A DNA stretch of 64,000 nucleotides from Gammaproteobacteria bacterium (GTDB taxonomy: Bacteria; Pseudomonadota; Gammaproteobacteria; GCA-001735895), in assembly GCA_050298595.1 (NCBI GenBank), contig JBNKUM010000094.1, positions 32,001 through 96,000 on the forward strand. Reading direction: 5' to 3'. Below, in pieces: positions 19,942-32,781 of the stretch. The position numbers and the translations under genes were made by a program. The number at the start of each line of letters is the position of its first letter. Within the stretch, counting starts at the first letter, position 1. The notes beneath the pieces are model-generated. The model saw only the letters and a list, made by a program, of their open reading frames with translations, had not been told where the DNA came from and did no database searches.

Positions 19942-21315
19942 CTGCCTGCACTGATCGATCTGGAAAAGTACCTGTTGTGGTGCAGTGCCACCGATGATAT
20001 TTCTGGCGTTTACAGACCCTTCCAGTGTTAAGACCTCGAATACATCGGCCTGTATTCGGCTGTCGAATTGCTGTAATTCCTGCAAGCTGCACTCAGATAA
20101 ATCCTTATTCTGACTAATCGCAAAAGCCACTGCATTACCTACTACTTCATGCGCATCGCGGAAAGGTAGATCCTTTTTCACTAAATAGTCAGCCAGATCG
20201 GTTGCGGTAGCAAAACCTTTAAGAGCGGATTCATACATAGAGGTTTTATTCACCTGAATATTGGGCACCATATCGGCAAAGGCTCGTAGACTGTTTTGCA
20301 GGGTATCCAGCGTGTCAAACAATGGTTCCTTGTCTTCCTGATTATCCTTGTTATAGGCCAGTGTCTGAGACTTCATCAGAGTCAGCAGGCTGACCAGATG
20401 ACCGTTGACGCGACCGGTTTTACCTCGTACCAGCTCGGGTACATCCGGGTTTTTCTTTTGCGGCATGATAGACGAGCCAGTGCAGTAACGGTCGGGCAAT
20501 ACAATAAAATCAAACTGGGCCGATGACCAGATCACCATTTCCTCTGCCATGCGTGACATATGCGTCATACAGATCGCAGCAGCGGCACAGAATTCAATGG
20601 CAAAGTCGCGATCACTCACGGCATCCAGCGAGTTACGTGATGGAGCATCAAAATTCAGTAAGCTGGCGCTGTACTCTCTATCCAGAGGGTAAGAGGTGCC
20701 TGCCAGTGCGGCAGAGCCTAAAGGCATAATATTCATACGTTTGGCACAATCTGCCAGTCGGCTATGATCACGCTCCAGCATCTCGAACCAGGCCAGCATG
20801 TGGTGTCCAAAGGTGATGGGTTGAGCAACCTGCAAATGGGTAAAACCAGGCATGATGGTATCGCTATGTTCACTGGCAAGATCCAGCAGACCATGTTGAA
20901 ACTGACGTATTAATTGCTGACAGATCAAAATCTCATCGCGCATAAACAGGCGGATATCGGTAGCTATCTGATCATTGCGCGAACGCCCTGTGTGTAGCTT
21001 TTTACCGCTGTCACCGATCAGATGGGTCAGGCGCGCTTCAATGTTCATATGTACATCTTCAAGTTTTACCGACCATTCGAAACGACCAGAGCGGATTTCC
21101 TGCTGAATGGTTTCCAGCCCCTGTTCGATTTGCTGTAATTCTTTGTCGCTGAGGATGCCGATTTTATTCAGCATTTTGGCATGTGCCAGTGATCCATGAA
21201 TATCGACCATCGCCAGGCGTTTATCGAAAGTGATAGAAGCGGTAAAAGCTTCTACAAATGTGTCGGTCTGTTCCTGAAATCGGCCACCCCACATGCGGGA
21301 ATCTTTACTTGTCAT
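19927..21315 (-). CDS. argH: Argininosuccinate lyase
   Basis: [35 protein letters not shown]. Confidence 0.98.
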   Translation of the reverse strand: MTSKDSRMWGGRFQEQTDTFVEAFTASITFDKRLAMVDIHGSLAHAKMLNKIGILSDKELQQIEQGLETIQQEIRSGRFEWSVKLEDVHMNIEARLTHLIGDSGKKLHTGRSRNDQIATDIRLFMRDEILICQQLIRQFQHGLLDLASEHSDTIMPGFTHLQVAQPITFGHHMLAWFEMLERDHSRLADCAKRMNIMPLGSAALAGTSYPLDREYSASLLNFDAPSRNSLDAVSDRDFAIEFCAAAAICMTHMSRMAEEMVIWSSAQFDFIVLPDRYCTGSSIMPQKKNPDVPELVRGKTGRVNGHLVSLLTLMKSQTLAYNKDNQEDKEPLFDTLDTLQNSLRAFADMVPNIQVNKTSMYESALKGFATATDLADYLVKKDLPFRDAHEVVGNAVAFAISQNKDLSECSLQELQQFDSRIQADVFEVLTLEGSVNARNIIGGTAPQQVLFQIDQCRQLING

Positions 21316-21382
21316 TGAATTTTCCGGATTACTTCTGGTTGCTAAATAACGCTATAGTGTTCGTGCGTGTTAAAAATCGGCT

Positions 21383-22480
21383 ATGCTTGCATTGTCAATG
21401 ACAGGAAAGCAAGACTCAATGCAAAAAAAATCCACAAATTCTCTATCTGAAGGGCAAATAAGCTGTTATTTGCCGGATTACTGCAAGGGGGAGAATATTT
21501 TAAGGCTAATTCTGGTGCTGGAGTTGATCGCTATTGTGTTTGCTTTGAGTAGTTATAACGGCAGTGGGCAGCTATTTGTCGATATTGCACTAATTTCCAT
21601 GTTGATCCAGTGGATCGGTCTGGGAAGTGCAGGATTGTTATGCATGATCCGACGTATCAAAGTTGAATTTGGCAATACCCTGATTACCATTATGAGTTTG
21701 CTGGCAGTAGCCCTGATGACCCTGCTTATGTCGTTAATCGCCTATCGCTTAAATAGCTGGTTTCATTTCGGATTATTCAATAACTCCAGTGAATGGGTGG
21801 TGCTGTTAAGACACATTACCATTGCAGTGGTTTTACAGGGAATGGCATTGCGTTATTTTTTTATTCAGTATCACGGCCAGAAAATGTTGCAAACCGAGTC
21901 GCGAGCTCGTTTACAGGCGTTACAGGCTCGCATCCGTCCGCATTTTCTTTTTAATAGCTTAAATACTATCGCCAGTTTGAGTTACGATCAGCCTGAACGC
22001 GCCGAACGTGCCATAGAAGGCCTGGCGGAATTGTTTCGAGCCAGTTTATCGGCGGATTCCAGTATTACCCTGCAACAGGAAATTGACTTCACTAAAGAAT
22101 ATATTAATCTGGAAAGCCTGCGTCTGGATGATCGCCTGAGAGTATATTGGGACATAGATGCTGAGGTTGAGACAATCAAATTACCTGCATTAACCTTGCA
22201 GCCACTGGTAGAGAATGCCATTTATCATGGTATCGAGCCAATACCGGGTGGTGGTGAGGTCAGAATAGAGATAAGTCAGAATAAAGACCTGAAAATTCAG
22301 ATAAGCAACCCATTAAACCCAAAACAGCAGCAACAGCATGCAAAGGGGAATAAAATGGCATTGGATAATATCCGGGAAAGACTTGACCTGGCTTTTCTTG
22401 GGCAGGCAAAAATAGCACATCTTGTAGAAAATGATCTATATAAAGTATTGATCACTATTCCATTAAAAATAACCATTTGA
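21383..22480 (+). CDS. algZ: LytS-type sensor histidine kinase (AlgZ/FimS-like)
   Basis: Four TM segments, LQARIRPHFLFNSLN, LQPLVENAIYHG; argH-algZ-algR-hemC synteny as in Pseudomonas. Start could be ATG 21419. Confidence 0.85.
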   Translation: MLALSMTGKQDSMQKKSTNSLSEGQISCYLPDYCKGENILRLILVLELIAIVFALSSYNGSGQLFVDIALISMLIQWIGLGSAGLLCMIRRIKVEFGNTLITIMSLLAVALMTLLMSLIAYRLNSWFHFGLFNNSSEWVVLLRHITIAVVLQGMALRYFFIQYHGQKMLQTESRARLQALQARIRPHFLFNSLNTIASLSYDQPERAERAIEGLAELFRASLSADSSITLQQEIDFTKEYINLESLRLDDRLRVYWDIDAEVETIKLPALTLQPLVENAIYHGIEPIPGGGEVRIEISQNKDLKIQISNPLNPKQQQQHAKGNKMALDNIRERLDLAFLGQAKIAHLVENDLYKVLITIPLKITI

Positions 22481-22502
22481 GATTCAATAAAATCTGGAAA
22501 TC

Positions 22503-23234
22503 ATGAAAATACTCATAGTGGATGATGAAAAGCCGGCAAGGGACCGATTGCGACGTCTGATTGATAATCTTAACGATTATTCAGTTGTAGGCGAGGCTCA
22601 AAACGGGCAGGAGGCTCTGCAACAATGCGAACGGCATCAACCCGATATTGTGTTAATGGATATCCGTATGCCGGGTATGGATGGTCTGGAAGCTGCTTCC
22701 AATCTATCACATCAACCCACGCCTCCGTCAATCATATTTACCACGGCTTTTGCTGATCATGCGCTGGAAGCATTTGAATCGCATGCGGTGGATTACCTGC
22801 TAAAGCCGGTTAAGCTGGAGCGGTTACATGACGCACTCGACTCCTGTAGTCAGTTAACCCGTGCTCAGCTACAGCATACTCTGGAAGAGGTTATGAATGA
22901 TGGCGTACGCCAGCATATCTGCGCGCGCGTACGAGGGAATCTGGTTCTGATCGCGTTAGAAGACATCTTTTATTTTCGTGCCGAACAGAAATATGTCACG
23001 GTAAGGCATATCGGAGGTGAAGTGTTGATAGAGGAACCGCTGAAAACACTGGAAGTGGAATTTGTCAAAGATTTTACTCGAGTGCACCGTAATTCTTTAG
23101 TGCGACTGGATAAGGTGGCGGGTATGAAAAACAGTTCAGATGGGCATCAGATCTACTTCCATGAGATAGAAGATAAGCTGGAAATTAGTCGTCGCCATTT
23201 ATCGGGAGTACGAAAGCTCCTGAAAAATCTATAA
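22503..23234 (+). CDS. algR: LytTR-family response regulator (AlgR-like)
   Basis: Receiver (VDDE, MDIRMP, LLKP) plus LytTR domain (AEQKYV, FTRVHRN, ISRRH). Confidence 0.88.
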   Translation: MKILIVDDEKPARDRLRRLIDNLNDYSVVGEAQNGQEALQQCERHQPDIVLMDIRMPGMDGLEAASNLSHQPTPPSIIFTTAFADHALEAFESHAVDYLLKPVKLERLHDALDSCSQLTRAQLQHTLEEVMNDGVRQHICARVRGNLVLIALEDIFYFRAEQKYVTVRHIGGEVLIEEPLKTLEVEFVKDFTRVHRNSLVRLDKVAGMKNSSDGHQIYFHEIEDKLEISRRHLSGVRKLLKNL

Positions 23235-23305
23235 CACAACCTCAAGCAAACTGTTTAGGTGATCGTAGTTCACGAATCCGTGGTGCTGCCCTATAATGCG
23301 CCACC

Positions 23306-24238
23306 ATGAATACAATTCTCAAAACATTAAGGATTGCCACTCGTAGTAGTCCACTCGCACTTTGGCAAGCTGAAGAAGTAAGCCGACGCCTGAAATCACT
23401 CTATCCTGATCTGGAAGTCCAGTTGGTCACCATGACCACCAAAGGAGACAGAATTCTGGATGCCCCGCTGGCAAAGGTTGGAGGCAAGGGGCTATTCGTC
23501 AAGGAGCTGGAGGCGGGTATGTTAGCTGGCGAAGCGGATATAGCGGTGCATTCGATGAAAGACGTTCCGGTGGAATTTCCTGAAGGTCTTGAACTATCGC
23601 TGATTATGCAGCGCGAAGATCCGCGCGATGCCTTTGTTTCTAACAACTATCAAAGTCTCTCAGAGTTACCGGATGGAGCCCTGGTGGGGACATCCAGCCT
23701 GCGTCGCCAGACTCAAATCCGCGAGAGATACCCCAGGCTTAAGATTGACTGGTTGCGAGGCAATGTGAATACACGCCTGAGAAAGCTGGATGATGGAGAG
23801 TATGATGCCATTATTCTGGCAGCAGCGGGCCTAAAGCGACTGGGTTTTGAAGAGCGTATTCGTAGTTGCCTGGAGCCGGAGGAGTCATTACCTGCTATTG
23901 GGCAGGGCGCGATAGGCATAGAAGCCAGGTCAGATGATGAAGCGGTTCGTCAGTTGATTGCTCCGCTGGCGGATGCGGATACCACCTTAAGAGTTCAGGC
24001 CGAACGCGCTATGAATGAAACACTCAATGGCGGATGTCAGGTGCCACTGGCTGGGTATGCCGTGCTAGAAGGCGACCAGCTCTATCTGCGCGGGCTAGTG
24101 GGTGAACCTGATGGCAGCGTAGTACTCCGTTCTGAGATACGTGGTGCGTCCAGTGATGCTGTGTCGCTAGGAGTTAAGCTGGCAGAAGACCTGATTCATC
24201 AGGGTGCAGGAGAGATTCTGGCCCGGTTGCATGAGTGA
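23306..24238 (+). CDS. hemC: Hydroxymethylbilane synthase (porphobilinogen deaminase)
   Basis: [43 protein letters not shown]. Confidence 0.98.
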   Translation: MNTILKTLRIATRSSPLALWQAEEVSRRLKSLYPDLEVQLVTMTTKGDRILDAPLAKVGGKGLFVKELEAGMLAGEADIAVHSMKDVPVEFPEGLELSLIMQREDPRDAFVSNNYQSLSELPDGALVGTSSLRRQTQIRERYPRLKIDWLRGNVNTRLRKLDDGEYDAIILAAAGLKRLGFEERIRSCLEPEESLPAIGQGAIGIEARSDDEAVRQLIAPLADADTTLRVQAERAMNETLNGGCQVPLAGYAVLEGDQLYLRGLVGEPDGSVVLRSEIRGASSDAVSLGVKLAEDLIHQGAGEILARLHE

Positions 24239-25013
24239 CACCCCTTCATCCAAAAAGCCGGTCTGCTTAAATACACGACCGGCGCATCAAAGTGATGCTT
24301 TAACTCAGGGGTTGCAGCAACTGGGTTTTAATGTGGTTGAATTTCCTACCATCCAGATAACATCAGCCTCAGACAGTCGCCTGCTGGAAGACCTGCCTGA
24401 ACGGATGACAGAGTACGATATAGCATTGTTCGTCAGTAGAAATGCCGTTGATTATGCCTTCAAATATTTATCCTTAGAGACCCTGCCCGCTAAACTTGAG
24501 ATGGGTGTGATAGGCAAGGGGAGCTGGCAGGCATTACGCGACAAGGGTGTTGAATCCCAGATCATTCCAGCTGATTCATTTGATAGCGAAGGCTTACTGG
24601 CAACGAAAAACCTGCAAAAAGTTGAATCTAAGAAGGTCATTATCTTTCGTGGTCAGGAGGGGCGTAATTTATTGGGAGATACACTAACAGAAAGGGGGGG
24701 CACGGTAACTTATTGCGAGGTTTACCATCGAGGCGTACCCAAATACCCTGATCAGGCATTCACTCAGTTAACTAATTCTCAATTTCCTGAGGTGGCGATT
24801 TTTACCAGTGCAGAAGGCTTGAAGAATTGTTATACCTTACTGGGTGAGCACGAGTGGCAAAGCTTAACTGAAATCGCATGGTTATTGATCAGCGAAAGAA
24901 TGCGTGAAACTGCCCACGAACTGGGACATAATGCAGCTATAATTATTGCCAAAAATGCTAGCGACGAGGGCATCCTGCAGGCATTGCAGGAGTGGCACAA
25001 CACAAGGCACTGA
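24231..25013 (+). CDS. hemD: Uroporphyrinogen-III synthase
   Basis: [33 protein letters not shown]; ATG 24231 overlaps the hemC end. Confidence 0.93.
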   Translation: MSDTPSSKKPVCLNTRPAHQSDALTQGLQQLGFNVVEFPTIQITSASDSRLLEDLPERMTEYDIALFVSRNAVDYAFKYLSLETLPAKLEMGVIGKGSWQALRDKGVESQIIPADSFDSEGLLATKNLQKVESKKVIIFRGQEGRNLLGDTLTERGGTVTYCEVYHRGVPKYPDQAFTQLTNSQFPEVAIFTSAEGLKNCYTLLGEHEWQSLTEIAWLLISERMRETAHELGHNAAIIIAKNASDEGILQALQEWHNTRH

Positions 25014-25021
25014 TATTATTA

Positions 25022-26128
25022 ATGAAACAACTTGAAAACCAGCAAGCACAGGAATCAACTGCTACGGCAGGCAGTGAAGTCACTGAAGCTGAAACTCAGC
25101 AAATCAAAAAACGTAGCTATCTATTACCGTTATTTCTGTTCCTCATCTTAATTGCAGCAATAGCCACCGCAGGCTTTTTTGGCTGGAAGCAGTTTCTGCA
25201 ATATCAACATGATAGCCAGGCTGTCATTACTGAATTGCGAGCCCAGCTGATGGCTTTGCCTACTCGCGCTGAAATGGATAGCAGTCTTCAACCTCTGAAG
25301 CAGGCCAAAGGTCAAACCGATCAGGTTATTAATGAATTGACTCAGCGTCAGCAATCATTGCTAGATTCAACCGAAAAGCTCTACGAGCTATATGGCCGGG
25401 ATGAAAATGGCTGGAAGCTGGCAGAGGTAGAATATCTGATGTCGATTGCACAGCATAAACTGATATTGGAGCAGGACTTTGAGGGAGCAGCAAAAACTCT
25501 GGATGCCGCCAGCAATCGCATTGCTGAACTGGCTGACCCTGGATTGCTGCCGGTTCGAGTACTGATCAATGATGAGATTGCGGCACTGAAGACACGTGCT
25601 CGCCCGGATCTGGTAGGGATGACGCTACTGGCTGGTCGTTTAACACGACAGATCAATGTATTGACACCTGAGTATGTCATCAAATCAAAGGCCCCAAAAG
25701 TTAAACAACCTGTTGCTAAAACATCTACAGATAACCCTGATTTACCGCTGGATCAACGCGTGATGAATTTTCTGGGTTCTTTAGTAACCATTAAAAAGAA
25801 AGATTCAGCAGTTAGTGAAGAAAGCGAGATCACGCAAATTATCGATGTACGCCAGAAACTGGAAGACAATCTTAAATTAACACGCTGGACTATACTGGAG
25901 CGAGATGCCAGCCAGTTCGATAAATTAATGGCTGAGAATGTCCAGTTATTCAGTGATTATTACAATTTGGAGAATGCAGCCAATGCAGACTTCTATGACT
26001 CATTGCTACAATTACAGAAATCCAGCCTGAAAGCAGTATTTCCTGACATCAGTGGCTCGTTGAGATTATTAAAAGAGATTCAACAGAAACGTGCGACCAC
26101 CCCACAACAGGAGGCTGACAATGGTTAA
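25022..26128 (+). CDS. hemX: HemX family membrane protein
   Basis: N-terminal TM helix, coiled coil, WKLAEVEYL..AQHKL, DPGLLPVR; hemCD-X-Y synteny. Confidence 0.88.
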   Translation: MKQLENQQAQESTATAGSEVTEAETQQIKKRSYLLPLFLFLILIAAIATAGFFGWKQFLQYQHDSQAVITELRAQLMALPTRAEMDSSLQPLKQAKGQTDQVINELTQRQQSLLDSTEKLYELYGRDENGWKLAEVEYLMSIAQHKLILEQDFEGAAKTLDAASNRIAELADPGLLPVRVLINDEIAALKTRARPDLVGMTLLAGRLTRQINVLTPEYVIKSKAPKVKQPVAKTSTDNPDLPLDQRVMNFLGSLVTIKKKDSAVSEESEITQIIDVRQKLEDNLKLTRWTILERDASQFDKLMAENVQLFSDYYNLENAANADFYDSLLQLQKSSLKAVFPDISGSLRLLKEIQQKRATTPQQEADNG

Positions 26129-27320
26129 AATAATTATCAGTCTGTTAGTACTGGTTATCGGCGTACTGCTGGCGGTACTGCTGGTGGAAAAAGATCCGGG
26201 CTTTGTGCTGGTTCAATACGCTGATTTCTCGCTGGAAACCAGTCTTGCCTTCGGCATAGTGGCGCTGGTGGTATTGTCGGTATTGTTGCAGATCGTTTTA
26301 CGACTGTTGTTATCCATCTGGCGGATGCCACGAAGCATGAAAAAGCAGTCGCAGCATCGACGTGTTGAGAAGAGTCGGCGCTTATTAAATCAGGGGCTAA
26401 TGGATTTGGCGGAAGGACGTTTTGAGCAGGCAGAAAACAGTTTAATAAAGCTTATCGATTATGCGGAAAATCCTTTACTGAATTATCTGGCTGCAGCTCG
26501 AGCTGCTCAGCAATTAGGCAAGCATGATGCGCGGGATAATTACCTTAAAGCTGCCCATGAGGCTCGCCCCGAAGCGGAAGTCGCCATCGGAGTGACCCAG
26601 GCCGAATTACAGCTGGCATCCAGCCAGACCGAGCGTGCACTGGCAACCTTGGCCCATTTAAAAACTCTGGCACCAAAACATGACTATGTGACCAAGTTAC
26701 TGGCACGGGTTTATTTCCAACTTGAGGAATGGGAGCAATTGTTTGAATTGTTACCAGATTTGAGACGAAAAAAACTCTTCCGTGAAGAGCGCCTGAAAGA
26801 AATCGAGATGCGCACCTATGTCGGCGCTATGGAAGACTCAGCAATGCAGAGTACCTCTTTACTGGAAAAGATCTGGTCCAAAGTACCGAAGGACTATCAA
26901 ACCAATGCTGATCTGGTACTGCGATATATTGAGTTACGCGGTCAGGATAAGAAAGAAAGAAAAGCTATTGAACAAATGATTGTTAAGTCGGTAAACAAGC
27001 AGTGGGATGCTAGCCTGGTTGACTACTATGGACGCATGGTGATGGAAGATACCACTAGCCAGCTAAATACGGCAGAAAAATGGCTGACCGATTACGGCAG
27101 TAGCGATATCCTGTTGCTGGCATTAGGGCGTATCTGTATTCGGCTTAAGCTTTGGGGTAAGGCGCAGAATTATCTTGAAGCTAGTGTCGGGGTTAAACCC
27201 AGTGCTGAAAACTGCCTTGAGCTCGCTGACTTATTTAAACGCGATGAATTAGGTGAAATGGAAAAAGCCTGTCGTTATTATCAACAGGGCCTCTCGCTCT
27301 CTTTGAATAAGCCTGGTTAG
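26121..27320 (+). CDS. hemY: HemY N-terminal domain/TPR protein
   Basis: DPGFVLV, ETSL, GLMDLAEGRF, YLAAARAA, LLLALGR; SD AGGAGG before ATG 26121. Confidence 0.9.
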   Translation: MVKIIISLLVLVIGVLLAVLLVEKDPGFVLVQYADFSLETSLAFGIVALVVLSVLLQIVLRLLLSIWRMPRSMKKQSQHRRVEKSRRLLNQGLMDLAEGRFEQAENSLIKLIDYAENPLLNYLAAARAAQQLGKHDARDNYLKAAHEARPEAEVAIGVTQAELQLASSQTERALATLAHLKTLAPKHDYVTKLLARVYFQLEEWEQLFELLPDLRRKKLFREERLKEIEMRTYVGAMEDSAMQSTSLLEKIWSKVPKDYQTNADLVLRYIELRGQDKKERKAIEQMIVKSVNKQWDASLVDYYGRMVMEDTTSQLNTAEKWLTDYGSSDILLLALGRICIRLKLWGKAQNYLEASVGVKPSAENCLELADLFKRDELGEMEKACRYYQQGLSLSLNKPG

Positions 27321-27467
27321 ACTGGGAATCTCTAAACTCGAATACCTGCATTTGAGAGAACATGATTTTGCAGATATCCGTGTTGATTGGAAAAACTGGA
27401 TATCGATCTGAATTAACCCTACTTGCAACATTGAGACAATAGAGTTCAGGCGCGTTATATTCCTGAA

Positions 27468-29075
27468 ATGCGAGAACCCTTAAAATCATCTATTCAGCAG
27501 CTTAACTTTGATAACCGATTTACCCGAGAGCTTCCTGGTGATCCAGAGCAGGAAAACTATCGACGCAGAGTAAAAAGTGCCTGCTATTCATTTGTTGAAC
27601 CAACCCCTGTAAAAAAACCATCTTTGCTAGCTTATTCGGAAGATATGTTATCTCAACTTAATCTAGACGCATCGTCGGTTGAGCATCAAGATTTTGTGCA
27701 AATCTTCGCGGGTAATCAATTACACAAACAAATGCAACCTTATGCGATGTGTTACGGAGGCCATCAGTTTGGTAACTGGGCAGGACAGCTGGGTGATGGT
27801 CGTGCCATCGTGCTGGGGGATGTTGTTAACCCGCATGGGCAAAGATGGAGTTTACAGTTAAAAGGGGCAGGGGCAACGCCTTATTCCCGTACCGCCGACG
27901 GCCTGGCAGTATTGCGTTCATCCTTGCGCGAGTTTTTATGTAGCGAAGCTATGTATCATCTGGGTGTACCCACGACACGAGCGTTAAGCCTGGTACTGAC
28001 TGGTGAGCAGGTGCTGCGAGATATGTTTTACGATGGTCATCCTGAATACGAGCCGGGGGCAATTGTTTGCAGAGCTGCGCCGAGTTTTATTCGCTTCGGA
28101 AACTTCCAGATACTTACTGCTCAAGGTGATATTGATACTTTAAAGAAACTGGCGGGTTATTGTATTCAAACTGATTTTCCTCATCTTGGTGGCCCTTCGG
28201 TGGAAACCTATATTAAGTGGTTTGAGGAAATCTGCACGCGCACTGCTGATATGATTGTGCACTGGCAGCGAGTGGGCTTTGTGCATGGCGTGATGAATAC
28301 CGATAATATGTCCATCCTGGGTCTGACCATCGATTATGGTCCTTATGGCTGGCTGGAAGATTACGATCCTGACTGGACGCCCAATACTACCGATGCTCAG
28401 GGTCGACGTTATCGCTTTGGTCAACAGGCCCAGATAGCTCACTGGAATCTTTTGCAACTCGCTGAAGCGATTTACCCATTAATTAATCAAACCGAACCAT
28501 TGGAAGCAGCACTGCAGCATTATGCTGACTATTATCGACAAAATAGTCTCAATATGTTTGCAGCTAAACTGGGCTTTAACAGCAGCAGTAAAGATATTCA
28601 ACAACTTCACAATGACCTGGAAAAATTACTACGCCAGGTAGAAACCGATATGACCCTGTTCTATCGGGCGCTTGCCAATCTTGATCCTGTATGTAAAACA
28701 CCCTTTAGTAACAATGATCTAGATGATTTATTCAAGCATAGCTGGTATCAGGAAAACCAGATTACTGATGGCTACCGTTTAAATTTAAACAGCTGGCTTG
28801 AGCAATATCGAGGCTTAGTCAGGCAGTCAGGGCTTCAGGATGATGAACGTAAACAGCTTATGAACAGCACAAACCCCAAATTTGTATTGCGCAATTATCT
28901 GGCTCAACAGGCAATAGATGGCCTTGAGCAGGGTGATGATTCGATACTCAGGGATTTAATGAAAGCCATGCAAGCTCCCTATGAGGAACAGCCTGAATAT
29001 GATCAATACTGTAAAAAGCGGCCTGAATGGGCCCGACAAAGGCCTGGATGCTCCATGCTATCCTGTAGTTCATAA
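27468..29075 (+). CDS. selO: Protein adenylyltransferase SelO (YdiU family), Cys-containing
   Basis: YGGHQFG..GQLGDGRA, LQLKGAG.TPYSR..DG.AVLRSS.REFL, GFVHGVMNTDNMS, IDYGPYG, C-terminal CSMLSCSS. Confidence 0.96.
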   Translation: MREPLKSSIQQLNFDNRFTRELPGDPEQENYRRRVKSACYSFVEPTPVKKPSLLAYSEDMLSQLNLDASSVEHQDFVQIFAGNQLHKQMQPYAMCYGGHQFGNWAGQLGDGRAIVLGDVVNPHGQRWSLQLKGAGATPYSRTADGLAVLRSSLREFLCSEAMYHLGVPTTRALSLVLTGEQVLRDMFYDGHPEYEPGAIVCRAAPSFIRFGNFQILTAQGDIDTLKKLAGYCIQTDFPHLGGPSVETYIKWFEEICTRTADMIVHWQRVGFVHGVMNTDNMSILGLTIDYGPYGWLEDYDPDWTPNTTDAQGRRYRFGQQAQIAHWNLLQLAEAIYPLINQTEPLEAALQHYADYYRQNSLNMFAAKLGFNSSSKDIQQLHNDLEKLLRQVETDMTLFYRALANLDPVCKTPFSNNDLDDLFKHSWYQENQITDGYRLNLNSWLEQYRGLVRQSGLQDDERKQLMNSTNPKFVLRNYLAQQAIDGLEQGDDSILRDLMKAMQAPYEEQPEYDQYCKKRPEWARQRPGCSMLSCSS

Positions 29076-29090
29076 GTGTTTACTGGATAC

Positions 29091-29282
29091 TCATTTTAGT
29101 AATCCCATAAAGGTAGAGATTTCCTTTTCAATCGCTGAGTCGGGGTTGGCTGCTGCAATTTTGTATAGCCAGGCTAATGCAGCCTGATTTGCTGTATGGT
29201 CGGTGGTTTTAAGGAGCTCGATGGCCATCAGGTACTGGTCCTGCTGGAGTGGAGTTAAAGTTTCGATATGGGGGCGCATCAC
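29091..29282 (-). CDS. Small hypothetical protein; reading frame stays open upstream to 29417
   Basis: 63 aa ORF from GTG 29282 fills the selO-radC gap. No recognisable family; true start uncertain. Confidence 0.4.
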   Translation of the reverse strand: MMRPHIETLTPLQQDQYLMAIELLKTTDHTANQAALAWLYKIAAANPDSAIEKEISTFMGLLK

Positions 29283-29432
29283 ACGGGAGAATGAATATAA
29301 TGCTTCAGCATTGATATTTATCCACAGGTGAATTTCCTGCTTATCGGGCTCTTCAACAGTAAAATCAGTGATATCTAATTCAACGTCATGAGTTGTGAAT
29401 TCAGAACTAAATTCTGGTCAAGTGAATGGATA

Positions 29433-30104
29433 TTAAATCAGTCCGCGTTCAGAGAAGCAGACCACTTCATCGCCCACAACCAGATGATCCAAAACCCGAA
29501 TATCGACCAGTTGCAGTGCGTCAACCAGTCTTCGGGTGATCTGTAAATCTGATTCGCTGGGTTCAGCTATCCCGGATGGGTGATTATGCGTCAGTATCAC
29601 GGCTGCAGCATTATCGGACAGGGCCTGTTTTACCACCTCTCTGGGATAGACGCTGGCGCTACTGATACTTCCCCTGAATAGTTCCCGGAAAGTGATAACA
29701 CGGTGTTTGTTATCCAGCATCAGGCATCCAAATACTTCTTGCTGGTAATCGCGCATGATGGATTGCAGGTAGTTTTTCGTATCCTGTGGCGAAGTCAGAC
29801 TGGTTTCGCGCTTTAACTGCTCTCCAAGATGACGGCGTGCCATTTCCAGCACCGCTTGCAGCTGAGCGTACTTGGCGTTGCCCAAACCCTTGTGAGTGCA
29901 GAATTGATGTTGATTACAGGTTAATAGTGCACGTAAAGAGCCGGATTCTGATAGTAATTCACGCGCCAGATCGACAGCAGATTTTCCCGCAATACCCGTG
30001 CGTAGGAAGATTGCCAGTAGTTCGGCATCTGACAGGCTAGAAGGTCCTTTGAGGAGAAGTTTTTCGCGCGGCCTTTCTTCAGCTGGCCAGTCGGTAATTG
30101 GCAT
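29433..30104 (-). CDS. radC: RadC/JAB-domain protein (UPF0758, YicR)
   Basis: [41 protein letters not shown]; divergent from coaBC. Confidence 0.95.
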   Translation of the reverse strand: MPITDWPAEERPREKLLLKGPSSLSDAELLAIFLRTGIAGKSAVDLARELLSESGSLRALLTCNQHQFCTHKGLGNAKYAQLQAVLEMARRHLGEQLKRETSLTSPQDTKNYLQSIMRDYQQEVFGCLMLDNKHRVITFRELFRGSISSASVYPREVVKQALSDNAAAVILTHNHPSGIAEPSESDLQITRRLVDALQLVDIRVLDHLVVGDEVVCFSERGLI

Positions 30105-30186
30105 AGTTCATTCCCTGACAGATTCGTTGCTCAGAAGACGTATTTTGTATGACGTCTTCACCATTGCTTGCTGTAAAATAGGCCAT

Positions 30187-31392
30187 ATGACTGAATTACT
30201 CAACAAAAAAATACTGCTGGGTGTTACCGGAGGGATTGCTGCCTACAAGGCTGCTGAACTCTGTCGCCTGTTGATAAAGCAAGGTGCGAGCGTGCGAGTG
30301 GTAATGACCCCGGCAGCACAGGAATTTATACGGCCTTTGACCTTTCAGGCTTTAACCGGTCATCAGGTGTATAGTGAATTATTCGAAGCGGGCGCCGATA
30401 ATGCGATGGATCATATCGAATTAGCGCGCTGGGCTGATTTATTGATAGTTGCACCAGCAACGGCTGATTTTATCGCCAGGCTGGCAGATGGTTATGCAGA
30501 TAATCTATTGCTTACCATTGCTCTGGCGACGGAGAGTAAGGTGGTGGTTGCTCCAGCGATGAATCAACAGATGTATCAGAATGCTGCTACTACTGAAAAT
30601 ATTCAAAAACTTGAGCGTCATAGAATTCTGCTGTGGGGCCCGGACGAAGGTGAGCAAGCCTGTGGTGAGGTAGGCCCCGGGCGTATGCTGGAACCAGCAG
30701 TATTGCTCAATAAATTGCAGAACTATTTTAAGCCAGGGCGTTTGCAGGGCAGACGTATCATGATAACTGCCGGGCCAACCCGTGAGGCAATAGACCCGGT
30801 ACGTTATATTTCCAACCGCAGCTCCGGCAAGATGGGTTATGCGCTGGCACAGGCTGCTATCGATCAGGGGGCGGATGTGACGCTTATTTCAGGGCCTGTA
30901 TGTATCACAGCACCAGCGCAGGCGAGAATGCTAGATTGTATCAGTGCCCAGCAAATGCTTGATCAGGTGATGGGGGCGATAGAACAGCAGGATATTTTTA
31001 TCGCGACGGCTGCAGTGGCTGACTACCGTATCGACCAGGTTGCAGAGCAAAAGATTAAAAAATCGGACGACACTCTAACTCTGAATCTGGTAAAAAACCC
31101 TGATATTTTATCTTTAGTCTCGGGGCTGGAAAAACGCCCTTTCAGTGTAGGTTTTGCTGCTGAGACACAGGATTTACAGCAGTATGCTGAGCAAAAAATG
31201 AAAAACAAGAATCTCAATATGATTGCAGCAAATCGGGTGGATGCAGCGGATAGTGGGTTTGAGGTAGATGAGAATGCGCTATCAGTATTCTGGCCGGGTG
31301 GTTCAAAGCAGTTACCCCGGCAGCCAAAAACGGATATCGCCGCTGCGCTTATTGATATAATCGCCGATTTATTTGAACAGACAACAGCCTAA
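30187..31392 (+). CDS. coaBC: Phosphopantothenoylcysteine decarboxylase / phosphopantothenate-cysteine ligase
   Basis: [60 protein letters not shown]. Start placed at ATG 30187; the ORF-track upstream extension overlaps radC. Confidence 0.97.
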   Translation: MTELLNKKILLGVTGGIAAYKAAELCRLLIKQGASVRVVMTPAAQEFIRPLTFQALTGHQVYSELFEAGADNAMDHIELARWADLLIVAPATADFIARLADGYADNLLLTIALATESKVVVAPAMNQQMYQNAATTENIQKLERHRILLWGPDEGEQACGEVGPGRMLEPAVLLNKLQNYFKPGRLQGRRIMITAGPTREAIDPVRYISNRSSGKMGYALAQAAIDQGADVTLISGPVCITAPAQARMLDCISAQQMLDQVMGAIEQQDIFIATAAVADYRIDQVAEQKIKKSDDTLTLNLVKNPDILSLVSGLEKRPFSVGFAAETQDLQQYAEQKMKNKNLNMIAANRVDAADSGFEVDENALSVFWPGGSKQLPRQPKTDIAAALIDIIADLFEQTTA

Positions 31393-31394
31393 GT

Positions 31395-32743
<1,349 letters not shown>

Positions 32744-32781
32744 AGTCTCTAATAGGTAATGGTTAGCGGCTGCTAGATAAT

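Noticed and set aside
29000-29420. Selenocysteine recoding in selO or at the TGA at 29418-29420
   Set aside because: selO ends in Cys codons and TAA. The other TGA is preceded five codons earlier by the radC TAA with no start in between, and no SECIS-like hairpin is evident.
29433-30104. radC as a marker of a mobile element or anti-restriction island
   Set aside because: This is the full-length chromosomal form divergent from coaBC-dut, its standard housekeeping position.
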